Notes: a model not told the origin generated them from the sequence alone. Shown: positions 13,278 to 23,704, counted from the first letter of the whole stretch. The stretch: 60,038 nt of DNA, filler included, from Barthelona sp. PAP020 (GCA_040182905.1; 2 parts of 2 records of this genome joined end to end with filler, not necessarily neighbours in it); one strand, 5' to 3'. Made by a program: numbers and translations.

Positions 13278-15140
13278 ATGGTTAATTTACAGCTGGAACA
13301 TGCATTAGGATATGCAGGACAGTATCCTAATATGTTAAAGAAATTATCAAATAATCAATATGTTTCTGCATTTGGTTCTTCAATGGTTTTAGCCACGATG
13401 AATGATCCAAATTCTCAAATATTCTTTAAAGCACATACAGATAAGATTTGCTGTTTAGCTATCAGTCCAGATGAAGCCAAGTGTGCCACTGGTCAAATTG
13501 GAACAAATTCAGACATTTATTTATGGGATATAAAGAACTGTCAAATGCTTATGAAGTTTGAAGAACATGACTTTGGGATTATTGATGTTTGTTTCTCCCA
13601 TGATTCTCGTTTATTGTTGACTTTGGGTAGAGATAATCAATTGTTTATTATTGATACAGTTTTAGGTGGTATTGTAGGAGCTACAAAAATTCAAAACGCT
13701 TGTTGTATTGCTTGGTGTGGTTTTGATCGTGATATTAAAGGTTTAGCTTCTGATAAGTTGTTATTTGCAACATGTGGTGATCAAATAATGTTGTGGCTAT
13801 TTGATTTATTGAATGGGGGATTAACTGCTATTCCTATTTCATCTGGTGCCATTCGCAGGAAGTATACTTGTTTGGCATTTTCTTCTGATTCCAGTAGACT
13901 CTATATCGGGACTGAATCCGGTGATATTGTAATTGTATCTGTTACTGGGCGCCGTATTTTGTCTGTGTCTGCGGCAGGATCTTCAGCTGTCAGATGTTTG
14001 GAAGCTGCAGATGCTACTGATGGTTCTTATGCAGCTTTCTTTGTGGGATGTGATGATGGTCAAGTGAGACTATTGTCTGGAGATGGAACCAACTTTTATG
14101 AACAAGCCAGTGCTATTCTTCCACATTCCGTTACTTCTTTATCAATCATCTTAAATGACCTTTCAACAGGTATTGCGGGAACAATTAATGGAACTTTGGC
14201 TGAAATTACGCTTCGTGCAAATCAAGGTGGCAATTTTCCAGTCAGGATTTTTTCTGAAAACCACAGTCTGCCTTTGGGCGGGATTTCGTTCGTTCCACAG
14301 AAAACTAATCAATTAGTCACATTGTGTCAGGATCACATTATTAGAATGTGGAACATTGATCAATACAAGATACTTCATTCCACAAAATTAAGTTTTGCTG
14401 ACGATGTCAAAGCTCATTGTGTTGCTGCTGGGTCGATTCAACTTTATACTGGACATTCAGATGGGGTGATTCGAGCCTATGATGTTGAATCAGCTGGACA
14501 ACTATTTTTTGAGATTCCTAATGCTCACGTTAAGGGTGTTACAGCTCTTACTTTGAGTAGAAATGAACGATTCTTAATTAGTGGTGGAGGTGATGGATCT
14601 GTTCGATTGTGGAATTTGAGGTCAAGGCAAATTATTTGTCATTTAAAAGAACATACAGCAGCCGTCACAGCTATTAAATTATCTCCTGACAACAAAACCG
14701 CTTTTTCAAGTTCTGTAGATGGCACAATGATTGTTTGGGATTTGACTGCTGAAAGAGCTATAAATATTTATTCAGTACGTCAAGGAGAATTGAGAGATAT
14801 TATTGTCTCCCTTGATTTAACAAGAGTAATCACTGCTTGTGCAGATGGAACAATTACCATCTTCAATTTGACTGATCAATCTCAGGTTGTTTTAGCATTG
14901 CCTCAGGGCATTGAAGCTCATTCGTTAGCATTGACTAATGATGGTATGTATTTTTTGGTTGGATGTTCAGATGGCATGGTTAGAGTTTTGAGATATACAA
15001 ATGGTGAGTTGGTAGCGGAAGGTGTACCACATGCTGCACCTGTTGTTCATATTGCTGTAAATAAAAATAAAACTACTGACACAGAAACAGTGGTTTCCGT
15101 TGATACTGATGGGGTTGTTTTTGTTTACAAATTATTTTAA
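13278..15140 (+). CDS. WD40 repeat protein, CFAP52/WDR16-like
   Basis: ATG 13278 (MVNLQLEHALGY, similar to the CFAP52 N-terminus); many WD40 repeats (AHVKGVTALTLS...SGGGDGSVRLWN, LKEHTAAVTAI...DGTMIVWDL). Confidence 0.75.
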   Translation: MVNLQLEHALGYAGQYPNMLKKLSNNQYVSAFGSSMVLATMNDPNSQIFFKAHTDKICCLAISPDEAKCATGQIGTNSDIYLWDIKNCQMLMKFEEHDFGIIDVCFSHDSRLLLTLGRDNQLFIIDTVLGGIVGATKIQNACCIAWCGFDRDIKGLASDKLLFATCGDQIMLWLFDLLNGGLTAIPISSGAIRRKYTCLAFSSDSSRLYIGTESGDIVIVSVTGRRILSVSAAGSSAVRCLEAADATDGSYAAFFVGCDDGQVRLLSGDGTNFYEQASAILPHSVTSLSIILNDLSTGIAGTINGTLAEITLRANQGGNFPVRIFSENHSLPLGGISFVPQKTNQLVTLCQDHIIRMWNIDQYKILHSTKLSFADDVKAHCVAAGSIQLYTGHSDGVIRAYDVESAGQLFFEIPNAHVKGVTALTLSRNERFLISGGGDGSVRLWNLRSRQIICHLKEHTAAVTAIKLSPDNKTAFSSSVDGTMIVWDLTAERAINIYSVRQGELRDIIVSLDLTRVITACADGTITIFNLTDQSQVVLALPQGIEAHSLALTNDGMYFLVGCSDGMVRVLRYTNGELVAEGVPHAAPVVHIAVNKNKTTDTETVVSVDTDGVVFVYKLF

Positions 15141-15395
15141 ACTTTAAGAAATTAAATGTATTATTTTGTGTGAATTTTTTCATGATTTAAAATCATATAG
15201 AAAGGCTTTTGATGTTTTTTATGATGTTATTTTAATAAAGGAATATATGTAACTTTTTTTTATTTAAATGAATTATAAAAATGAAGAAGTGTAATATATA
15301 TGATATCTAACAATAAAATTCGTTCAAAGATAATGATTCGTGGAACACAAAAAGAGTTTTCTTTTTCTTTTTCAATTGCATTTTTATCTTTTAAT

Positions 15396-16544
15396 ATGAC
15401 AGAAGATATTTATTCGCATTTATTGGTGAATTTTGAAGGTGAAGAATACATTGTGGAAAAATTGGTGGATATTGCGATTGATCGATCCAATTGTACAGTT
15501 AAATTGCATCGTTACACACAAGATGTAACAATACCTTTCTCTAATGTTCCTCCCATATTGTTTTATATGAAAGCTGTTCAAGATTGGGATGTTGAGTTGT
15601 TAAAAGAATGCATCGCTAATTATCTTGAAAATATTAATGATATCGTTTATCATGGAAACTATACATCTTTGCATATGACTGCTGAAAATGGTTCTACTGA
15701 TTTATGTCAGCTTTTAATTGATAACGGCGCCAATCCTTGTTTATGTAACAACGATAATCAAACTGCATTACATAGGGCATGTAAAAAGGGGCATTTTTCA
15801 GTCATTGCGAAATTGTTGGGCTCCAAACATTTTAAACCGGAGAATTTTGTCAATATCTCTGATATTCATGGTGAAACAGCATTATTTGTTTTAATACATC
15901 GTTGGAAAACTTATTGTAATTCAAAGAACCATTTTATGAATTTTATTTGTGGTTGTTCTGTTGTTTTATTGTTAAAGAATGGCGCTAACCCTAACATCAA
16001 GAACACAAATGACGGAATGAGTTGTTTGCACCTTTCAGCTCAAGATGGTAATTTGCCTGCATTAAAATTACTATTTTCGTCTTTGTCTCATTATCCAATC
16101 GATCCTAATGATGGAGATGTTGATAATGATACTCCATTGCATCATTTATGTTTCCATCGTAAGAGTACTGAAGGGATAGAGTTTTTATTGAAAATGGGAG
16201 CAGATATGGGAAAGAAAAACGATAATAATCAATGGCCTCATCAATTATTGGACAAATCAAAGAAGGCACAAACTATCAGGAAAATTTTGAAAGATTGGAA
16301 ATTAAAGGAAAAAAGAGGAGAGATCATTATCACGAGTCCTCAAAGTCCAAATTTAGATAGTCCAAACATTGATGAAAACATTAAGAAAATCTATTCCAGT
16401 CCAATATCTCCTCAATCACCTATTTTCACACCGATACATTCTCCGGGATTAAATTCACCCCATATGTATCCTCAAAGTGATGATTTAAGTCAACAAGCAA
16501 AAACGAAACGTCCACCTTCTATCATTGTTGGTGGTAATTATTAG
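15396..16544 (+). CDS. ankyrin repeat protein with SP-rich tail
   Basis: Ankyrin motifs (TSLHMTAENG, TALHRACKKGH, SCLHLSAQDGN, TPLHHLC) and C-terminal SPxSP repeats. Start at 15396 preferred; ATG 15300 is also in frame. Confidence 0.8.
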   Translation: MTEDIYSHLLVNFEGEEYIVEKLVDIAIDRSNCTVKLHRYTQDVTIPFSNVPPILFYMKAVQDWDVELLKECIANYLENINDIVYHGNYTSLHMTAENGSTDLCQLLIDNGANPCLCNNDNQTALHRACKKGHFSVIAKLLGSKHFKPENFVNISDIHGETALFVLIHRWKTYCNSKNHFMNFICGCSVVLLLKNGANPNIKNTNDGMSCLHLSAQDGNLPALKLLFSSLSHYPIDPNDGDVDNDTPLHHLCFHRKSTEGIEFLLKMGADMGKKNDNNQWPHQLLDKSKKAQTIRKILKDWKLKEKRGEIIITSPQSPNLDSPNIDENIKKIYSSPISPQSPIFTPIHSPGLNSPHMYPQSDDLSQQAKTKRPPSIIVGGNY

Positions 16545-16670
16545 TTAATTATAAATTATAAATGTGTATTGTTTATTTTTTTATCTGTGGTTTTTGATTT
16601 GTGATTCAAAAGCATGGCTCATAGTTCAAAGGAGAAAATTTTTGATCTTTTCTTTTGACAAAAATTGAAC

Positions 16671-17219
16671 ATGTCCAATGAAACAGAACGATTAAAAGAA
16701 GAAATACAAAATCAAGTCAACAGATTATTAATTCAATTGTCTGATTTGGAAGAATTTCGTGATGAATTGGATGAAACTGAATATAATGATACTAAATCTG
16801 ATACTATGAAACAAATAGAAGAATTCCAAGAGACTTTACAAAGAGTTCAAGAAGGTAATGTGAGTTTGGTTGATGAATTAGCTGCGGTTCAAATTGCTCT
16901 ACGAGCAGCTATTTCTAAATCATCTAAAACTCCTGAAATTTTAGCTATGTTTGCCGCAAAAGATTCTGCAAAAATTAGAAAGAAAATTCGTCATTTTGAA
17001 AAAGGTTTTGCCAAGGGAAAATTGACAGAATCTAGATTTATTGCTGAAAAATTACAACTGTTGGCTTTATTACAAAGTACAGGTGGAGATTTATCTGATG
17101 ATGAAACTGCTTTTTTGGCACAAAACTCTTCAAGCGTTTTAAAGAATTTACAAAGTGCTTCAAACTTAGCTTCAGAATCTCTTATTGATGCTATTGCTAG
17201 TCAAATTCAAAACGATTGA
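16671..17219 (+). CDS. LZIC: LZIC (leucine zipper and ICAT-homology protein)
   Basis: ETERLKEEIQNQVNRLLIQLSDLEEFRDELD..EY..TK..T..Q..EF, GNVSLVDEL, AAISKSSKTPEILAMFAAK and LSDDETAFL match the LZIC pattern along its length. Confidence 0.85.
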   Translation: MSNETERLKEEIQNQVNRLLIQLSDLEEFRDELDETEYNDTKSDTMKQIEEFQETLQRVQEGNVSLVDELAAVQIALRAAISKSSKTPEILAMFAAKDSAKIRKKIRHFEKGFAKGKLTESRFIAEKLQLLALLQSTGGDLSDDETAFLAQNSSSVLKNLQSASNLASESLIDAIASQIQND

Positions 17220-17310
17220 GTTGTTAATTATTTGAGTGTAAAAAGTATATTTCTATTTTATTTTTCAACGCCTAGATTGCATTCCAAATTGGTTAGAATT
17301 CTTTTTAAAT

Positions 17311-17923
17311 TGCCAGGAGTCAAAGATTTAGCCCCTTTTTCATCATTTTACAAAAATAGATTGTGTTTAAAAGACAAATGATATCAATTTTTTTTTCAGC
17401 TTTTCAGTAATATTGATTGTTTTTCTTGTTACTATATGAAGTTTTAAGAGTATGATGGAATACTGTGAGGTGTAAACTATTTTCTTTTCTGTTTCCAAAT
17501 AAACGGTGTCTAAAGCAGTTTTCATCTTTAATAAAAATCAAAAACCACTGTCTTTAAGAGGTCAATTGATTTTTATTCTGTAAAACTTTGCCCTCACCTT
17601 TATCAGCAACAGCCACTGCTTTATTAAAAAATAAATTAATATAAACAAACCTGCAAGAGCTTCATTTTTGTTCAATTTCGGTCACAACAACTACGAAGTG
17701 TTAACTATAACTGTTTTTAACTCTGTTACGATAATGTGGGATGAGAGGCTCGGATGCTACAAGCTTAAATCTGTTCAAAGGCAAAGGGGAAAGAATCTTC
17801 TCGAAAACAGTTGTATGGAGTCTGCAAAAATGCAATTAATTAACACATTATGTGGTGTTTGATGAATTCTTTACAAGGAAAAAGAAACAAAAATGTTGAA
17901 AAAGGGGCATTGACTTGATGGTA
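17311..17923 (+). ncRNA. candidate large structured non-coding RNA, family unknown
   Basis: No credible ORF. End-closing helix 17331-17349/17890-17908 (18 of 19 bp) plus several nested helices whose non-Watson-Crick pairs are mostly G-U on the + strand. See findings. Confidence 0.5.
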
Positions 17924-18068
17924 GAAACCTTTTTTCTTCATTGTTTCTTTTGCCAATTATTTCCAAAAAGAATTTAAAGAAAAAACCATTAAATTCACTT
18001 TTATCAAATAGAAAAACAAATAAATAAATAGTTGCTTTAAATAATACCGTTCAATAGGTTAAATGGAC

Positions 18069-19460
18069 CTATTCAAATTGCAGGGGCTGATTGATAAGCT
18101 TTTGGATTTCCTTTCGAATGTTCCTCAAAGCAACAGACTTATGATTCAATAAAACTTGGGCTATGGAATCATTCAATTCGACTAATATCATCAAAGAAGT
18201 ATGTTTCTCAAAGGTAAGCAAATATTCAAAATAGACTTGACTTAATTCTTCGTATTGTTGTAAAACTTTTGCAATAATGGGTGATTTGGTTGATTCATTG
18301 CTAACTAAGTTAGAAATATACTCAAAAATAGGCTTAATAGGCATATAAATGACTGTATCATTCAAAGTGATGATAATAATCAAAGCGGAAAAGATTTCCA
18401 GCAAAATTAACAAATTTTTGTAATCTTTTTGTAAAATACTCATTAAAAATTCAAATAATTCAACAGAAACCATACGATTCAATGCAGGAGTCTCTAATTC
18501 CATGGCTATTTCTAAAAAGAGCGGTAAACTTTCTAGAAACTTCTTAATATTTGAGACTGTCTTAAATTGCTCAACTTTCTTGATCAAACAGTATATTAAG
18601 AAGGTTTTATCAATTTTCTTAACATTTTCTAAAAGGTTACCATATGCAACCTCATTATTTCCAACCAATACAGTAGTGTGTTCTAAAACCATCAATAAAA
18701 AGTCAATAGAAGTCTCGGTGAGCATTTTTGGAACTGTAATAATAGTGTTGATTAATCTAATCATGGAATCTTCGTAATTACACATTAAACCGATGTATAA
18801 TAATTCACCAATTATTTTTTCAAATTCAAACTTTTCAAAAGAAACAAACAAATCTTCGATTGAAAAGAAAGGCGTCAAAAAATGAATTAACTGTAAAAAT
18901 AAATCGATAATTAAAAATTCTCCAACAAAATTTTCATGACTAGATCTATCGATGTGTATTCTTATCAATTTACACAAGTTTTCAACAAATTGCAAAAAAT
19001 AGTCCTTATAAGTTGCCCATTTTTCACCAAACTTTCCCTTCAATGACGGAACTCCTGTTTTATATATATCAGTATTAAAGTCTAAACAATAATTCAAGAT
19101 CAAATCAAAATGCTTGATAATCGTCAACCCCCAACAACAAGTTTCCAAAGAAAAAGAATCATCAACAGAAGAAAAACTATCACTATGTTGAATCAATTGA
19201 GAAAGAATCCTATAAATGGCATATTGAAACTTGTGTAACACTAAAACCTTATCTTCTGTATTGGAAGTTAACAGTTGAGGAATAAAATCTTCTGTGATAG
19301 AATATTCAACATCGATGTTGTAAATAATTTGATTGGGGAGAGATTTCAATAAATTGAAAATCTTAAACTCTTTGGATATGTCATTGTTTAATAATTCATT
19401 GTAATCTTGAAAAGTTTGATGAATTTTAACAAATGTTGGATCAGTGTCATTCATTTCCAT
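18069..19460 (-). CDS. hypothetical protein, about 463 aa, probably alpha-helical
   Basis: Long ORF with first ATG at 19460; no motif recognised. Confidence 0.7.
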   Translation of the reverse strand: MEMNDTDPTFVKIHQTFQDYNELLNNDISKEFKIFNLLKSLPNQIIYNIDVEYSITEDFIPQLLTSNTEDKVLVLHKFQYAIYRILSQLIQHSDSFSSVDDSFSLETCCWGLTIIKHFDLILNYCLDFNTDIYKTGVPSLKGKFGEKWATYKDYFLQFVENLCKLIRIHIDRSSHENFVGEFLIIDLFLQLIHFLTPFFSIEDLFVSFEKFEFEKIIGELLYIGLMCNYEDSMIRLINTIITVPKMLTETSIDFLLMVLEHTTVLVGNNEVAYGNLLENVKKIDKTFLIYCLIKKVEQFKTVSNIKKFLESLPLFLEIAMELETPALNRMVSVELFEFLMSILQKDYKNLLILLEIFSALIIIITLNDTVIYMPIKPIFEYISNLVSNESTKSPIIAKVLQQYEELSQVYFEYLLTFEKHTSLMILVELNDSIAQVLLNHKSVALRNIRKEIQKLINQPLQFE

Positions 19461-19546
19461 AAACAATTGCAGACAAGAAATTTTATCTTTTTTCCTTTTT
19501 CGATTCTTTGATTTTATTGATTTGCAATTATTTTCGAAATATTTGA

Positions 19547-22399
19547 ATGAATAACGAAGAAGAAATAAAGTCGTCGTTCAGAGTTATACATTTTCCGAGA
19601 ATTTCATTATTATTAGGAGTTTATTGGTTTGCATTGTTATTTTCAATACCCAAACTTGTTTCTGTTTTTTTTATATTACTGTTTTTAGGCAGTTTGTTAT
19701 TGAGTTTGAAAATAGGTTATAAAGGATTCTTTTGGGGAAGTTTTATTGCTGTTTCTGTTTTTCACATTAGTTTATTGACATTTACATCTGCAAATGTTTC
19801 TTTTTTATGGGTTTTTAGGCATGTTTTAATGCTAATAAACACAACTTTGACTTTGTTATATTTGTTAATTTCTTGCAAAAGCTCAAAAATTCTTTATTCA
19901 TCTATTTGTAAAAGAATACGTGATATTTTACCCAATCTTCTATTAATACCTGTATCATTGATTTTATTTTGGGTTTGTTTAGAGATTTTTAATGATTTAC
20001 CGTTAATTTTGTCTCCTGCATATATCTTATCATTGATTTTAGCTTCTACTTATTCACTCCTATTCATTTTACCTTCTGGTATTGATCCCTTATTTTCTAC
20101 TCATATTCCCACCTTTTTGAATCGATTTTCATTGTTAATTCTACCCATTATTTTTGATTTCACGTATTCTTTACCTCATTTATTGGCTCACCAGTTTGAT
20201 TTTTCGTCATTTATGGATGTTGTTGGCAAAATAATTGCCTGTTCTGCTATTGCCTTGATTGCAATTGGAACTAGTGAACGCACATTGGGTTTGGAAGATA
20301 AAGAAGATGATAATAAAAAGGAAGCAGGTAAAGATGAATTTAGAGAACTAATACATACATTTTTCTACTATTTTTTTCCTTTTGTCATTATTTTGGACCA
20401 TATAACAACTTTATTTTTGTTACCTCATAATCCCACATTTTTTGATAGTGTGTTAATGAAAGTCACTTCTTTTCTTTTGGCGTTTGTATTGACATTATTA
20501 CATCACTTCAAATCAACTAACAGTAAAAGAATTGTGATGATTTGTCTATGTCCTATTATGTTCCTTTTATTCAGACATATTGCACCTATTTGGTTGGTTC
20601 TTGGTTATATCTTACTATTAATGGGTTCTATTTATCTGTTTATCAAAAAACCTTCCATGTCACAAATGATGGTGTTGTCAGGATTGATTATGTCTTTCCT
20701 ATTGGTTTTGTTAGATGTTAATTTACCATATATTGATCATAAGTTCATATTTGGTGGTGATACTTTCGTTTTAAGAATGTTGATCATTTTATTAGGAGGT
20801 TCCTTGACTTTTTTGTTATTTTCCACTATATATTATTTACAAGCACCTTTAGCCTTTTTAAATCATGTTGTTATTGGTAGTTTTATTTTTTGCATATACA
20901 TATTGATATGCATTGAAACATGTATCATAGATGAGAAGTTAGGTTCATATCTATTGTATACTCAATTTTTACAATTGATAACCACAATATTTTTATTGAT
21001 TATGGTGGCAAAATTGCATTCTTTACGAGTTTTTTCAAATAAGCAGAGTTTATTTATGATATTTTTAATTCTAGCAAAATTTTTATTATTGATAATGATG
21101 AGACACTATGATTCAATGAAACACTTGATCTTACTATTATGTTGGAGTGTCATTATATTACAACAAGTGAAAATTATTGAAAAGGATTTTAATACCATCA
21201 TGAATAGATTAAAAGAAATGTTTAAATATGCTAGCTTTCAATTAGCAATTATTAGTTTGATTTTTTCCATTCCATATTTCAAGTTAGAAAGTTTTAATAT
21301 TTTTGTAAGTTTCTTTATACATTTAAGTTTCTTTGTAATTGTTATGAGTATTATTCTGATTGTTATACTCATTCTCGCAAACTTTGGATTGTTTACTTCA
21401 ACCCTTCCTGATAAAGAAAAGAAAGAATTGGACCATTCTTTAATCTTACAAACATTCATTCATTCAATTTACTGTTCAGTTTTATTATTCATTAATTGTA
21501 TCATCATTACAGTAATCACATGTACTTTTGCTTATTATTTCTACCATTCGTTGGATTCTATCGTGATTTTATTTTTTATCATCTTATTACATTCTATTGT
21601 CATTTTCATTTTCTATTCAGATATCACAAATGAACATTATCTTACTTATATTACAATTTTCATCGATATTTTCTTCTTTATTGTCCTCATATTTGTGATG
21701 GCTAAATTGAATTTTTTTATCTTGTTGATTTTTGGTGTTTTGTTTTATTTGATCATTCTCCTGTACTTGAATGACCACTATCTTTTGAAAAACTTGCATT
21801 ATTTTATTTTGGTTTCAACAGTATTGACATTCATAATGTCTCATTACCATTTATTTGGTTTGGCTAGAATAGAAAACGCTTTCTTTGTTCAAGTCATTTT
21901 AGGATCTTTAATTCTGTTGGACTTATTCAACAACAAAAAAATAATTGTCGAAATTACTGATGTAATTGCCGTATTCTTCCTAACTTTTTGGGCAAATATG
22001 AATTTAACCGATATTAACATTCATTTCAATGGTTTGTTAATTATTGTGGTTATTCTGCTTCCAACTTTTAAAACAAAACGTTTCTTCCTCTATAATGCCA
22101 TTCTTGGATATGTTTATACTGTGTTTGTGGATGGTTCAATGTTTTTATTCATTCAACCTGATATTTTCACTATTATTGTGGTTTTCTTAACAACAATTAT
22201 TGCAGCTTCTGTATTTTTTGATTATCTTGATCTTCTATACAGCAATTTGAAGGCTCTTCAAATTATTATTTTGGTTCTATTGTTTATATTAAATAATGCC
22301 TTTGCAAGAATGTACGTTGTTATACAATTAATTTGTTCTGTGTTCAGTTTACCAAAACTACAAAAATATATCGTTAAAACTTACAAACATTTGCGTTAA
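19547..22399 (+). CDS. multi-pass membrane protein, 950 aa, family unassigned
   Basis: Long ORF made almost entirely of hydrophobic TM-length segments with short loops. Confidence 0.75.
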   Translation: MNNEEEIKSSFRVIHFPRISLLLGVYWFALLFSIPKLVSVFFILLFLGSLLLSLKIGYKGFFWGSFIAVSVFHISLLTFTSANVSFLWVFRHVLMLINTTLTLLYLLISCKSSKILYSSICKRIRDILPNLLLIPVSLILFWVCLEIFNDLPLILSPAYILSLILASTYSLLFILPSGIDPLFSTHIPTFLNRFSLLILPIIFDFTYSLPHLLAHQFDFSSFMDVVGKIIACSAIALIAIGTSERTLGLEDKEDDNKKEAGKDEFRELIHTFFYYFFPFVIILDHITTLFLLPHNPTFFDSVLMKVTSFLLAFVLTLLHHFKSTNSKRIVMICLCPIMFLLFRHIAPIWLVLGYILLLMGSIYLFIKKPSMSQMMVLSGLIMSFLLVLLDVNLPYIDHKFIFGGDTFVLRMLIILLGGSLTFLLFSTIYYLQAPLAFLNHVVIGSFIFCIYILICIETCIIDEKLGSYLLYTQFLQLITTIFLLIMVAKLHSLRVFSNKQSLFMIFLILAKFLLLIMMRHYDSMKHLILLLCWSVIILQQVKIIEKDFNTIMNRLKEMFKYASFQLAIISLIFSIPYFKLESFNIFVSFFIHLSFFVIVMSIILIVILILANFGLFTSTLPDKEKKELDHSLILQTFIHSIYCSVLLFINCIIITVITCTFAYYFYHSLDSIVILFFIILLHSIVIFIFYSDITNEHYLTYITIFIDIFFFIVLIFVMAKLNFFILLIFGVLFYLIILLYLNDHYLLKNLHYFILVSTVLTFIMSHYHLFGLARIENAFFVQVILGSLILLDLFNNKKIIVEITDVIAVFFLTFWANMNLTDINIHFNGLLIIVVILLPTFKTKRFFLYNAILGYVYTVFVDGSMFLFIQPDIFTIIVVFLTTIIAASVFFDYLDLLYSNLKALQIIILVLLFILNNAFARMYVVIQLICSVFSLPKLQKYIVKTYKHLR

Positions 22400-22651
22400 T
22401 TCTTTAATAAAATTGAATCTTTTTATTTTGTTTTGTTGTTTACATTGATCATGTATTGATGATTTGAACAAATAAAAGTATCAAAGTTTTACTGATGTCA
22501 ACTCAGTTGAATTATTTTTGAGATCATTTGGAAGAAGAAAAAAAAAAAACTCTAACAAATGCTGAATTATTTCATTTATACAAAAATACAGGTCCAAATT
22601 TAAAGGTACATTGATTTCAACAAATTTACCAGCCACAACAGCAAAACAAGA

Positions 22652-23524
22652 TCACAAAAATGGGTGATTGTTGTTCACAAAACTTAAAAGGAACAAATCT
22701 TCCTGTGACTGTTTCAAGGAAAGAAATATTTGCAGTGTCAGCAAACTATCTGATCCTGCTTGATGAGCAGTGCCATATCGTTGTAAACCTAAAGTCTTTC
22801 CCAATCTTGACAGTGACAGACCCCCAAAACCACCATTTCCAAGTTGAGTGATGTACTTTAAATCATACAATCTTGGAAAATGTCTTTCACAAACTGGAAT
22901 AAATTGTTCATATGTTTCAGGCAAATAGAACACTGGATTGGCTGCATTAGGACGTCGAACAAACACATCTGGACACAATACAGTTTTTAACAGATATGCA
23001 AAATCAAATCCAGAATGAAAAGCTACCCAAGAGATGTTGGGATTGAAACAAAGAGAACTTGACATGAAAGCAGCTCCAAAATGACTCTGATTTATGCCCA
23101 TGGTACGATGTTTCTCAAAATCCAATCCTGCTTCCTCTAAAAGCTTGATTGAATCATTTTGCGGTTCAAATGAAACATCGAAAGTAAAGTTAAACTGCCA
23201 AACTGCCGGCGCAACATTAGGTGGAGGAAAATTACCTCTTTCATCACAAATACAAAAACCAACCTGAATAATGTGTTTGGTCTTCAAACTGTTCGTTATT
23301 TTTGCATAAGCAAAATCTTCATTCGAATGAAATTCATGATATGCCTGGCTAGGCAACGTGAACCCTGGAAATTCTGTATCTACAGCTATATAAGGATAAT
23401 AATTGACTAACCTTGATAATTCTTCTAAATGAGATTCCCAATCATCATTTGCCCATATATCTCTAATTTCAATTTCAGAATTTTCATCTAAAGTCAATAA
23501 ATTTAACGGTAAATTGTTTGACAT
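22652..23524 (-). CDS. CAF1: CCR4-NOT deadenylase subunit CAF1/POP2 (DEDDh)
   Basis: YPYIAVDTEFPG, WQFNFTFD, WVAFHSGFDFAYLLK, LYDLKY and HQAGSDSLLT motifs; first ATG at 23524. Confidence 0.92.
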   Translation of the reverse strand: MSNNLPLNLLTLDENSEIEIRDIWANDDWESHLEELSRLVNYYPYIAVDTEFPGFTLPSQAYHEFHSNEDFAYAKITNSLKTKHIIQVGFCICDERGNFPPPNVAPAVWQFNFTFDVSFEPQNDSIKLLEEAGLDFEKHRTMGINQSHFGAAFMSSSLCFNPNISWVAFHSGFDFAYLLKTVLCPDVFVRRPNAANPVFYLPETYEQFIPVCERHFPRLYDLKYITQLGNGGFGGLSLSRLGKTLGLQRYGTAHQAGSDSLLTLQIFLSLKQSQEDLFLLSFVNNNHPFL

Positions 23525-23704
23525 CAAAAAACTGAAAAAAAGATACTTGTGATACAATACTGTGTTTTTATCATTTTAGAGACTCAATACTACATTTATA
23601 AAAGATGAACTGAAATCTTTTGATTAAAGTCTTCAAGAATGAAAAATCCGGCGACAAAAAATTGAAAATAACTTTTTTGTTTATGTTCAAGTATTTTTAA
23701 TGTG

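Noticed and set aside
17311..17345. RNase MRP RNA on the - strand (GGGGCTAAATCT resembles the CR-V motif)
   Set aside because: The partner GCCCC lies directly inside the terminal helix rather than after a P3 domain, there is no GAAAGUCCCC-like CR-I, and G-U bias points to the + strand.
17217..17381. Possible TGA readthrough or selenocysteine extension of LZIC (about 53 open codons after the stop)
   Set aside because: LZIC is already full length at the TGA, the extension is AT-rich UTR-like sequence, and I see no SECIS core.
17555..17862. Small protein gene in the 17.2-18.0 kb spacer (64-aa + ORF; apparent - strand GTTTGT...AAG intron near 17619-17650)
   Set aside because: The + ORF starts at TTG with no recognisable motif. 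The spliced - strand parses I tried hit stops within a few dozen codons, and the apparent intron lacks the CTAAT branch site seen in the real introns.
22570..22654. Possible readthrough or extra exon at the CAF1 C-terminus
   Set aside because: All catalytic motifs are already present; there is no convincing splice pair, and the extension does not restore a recognisable CAF1 tail.
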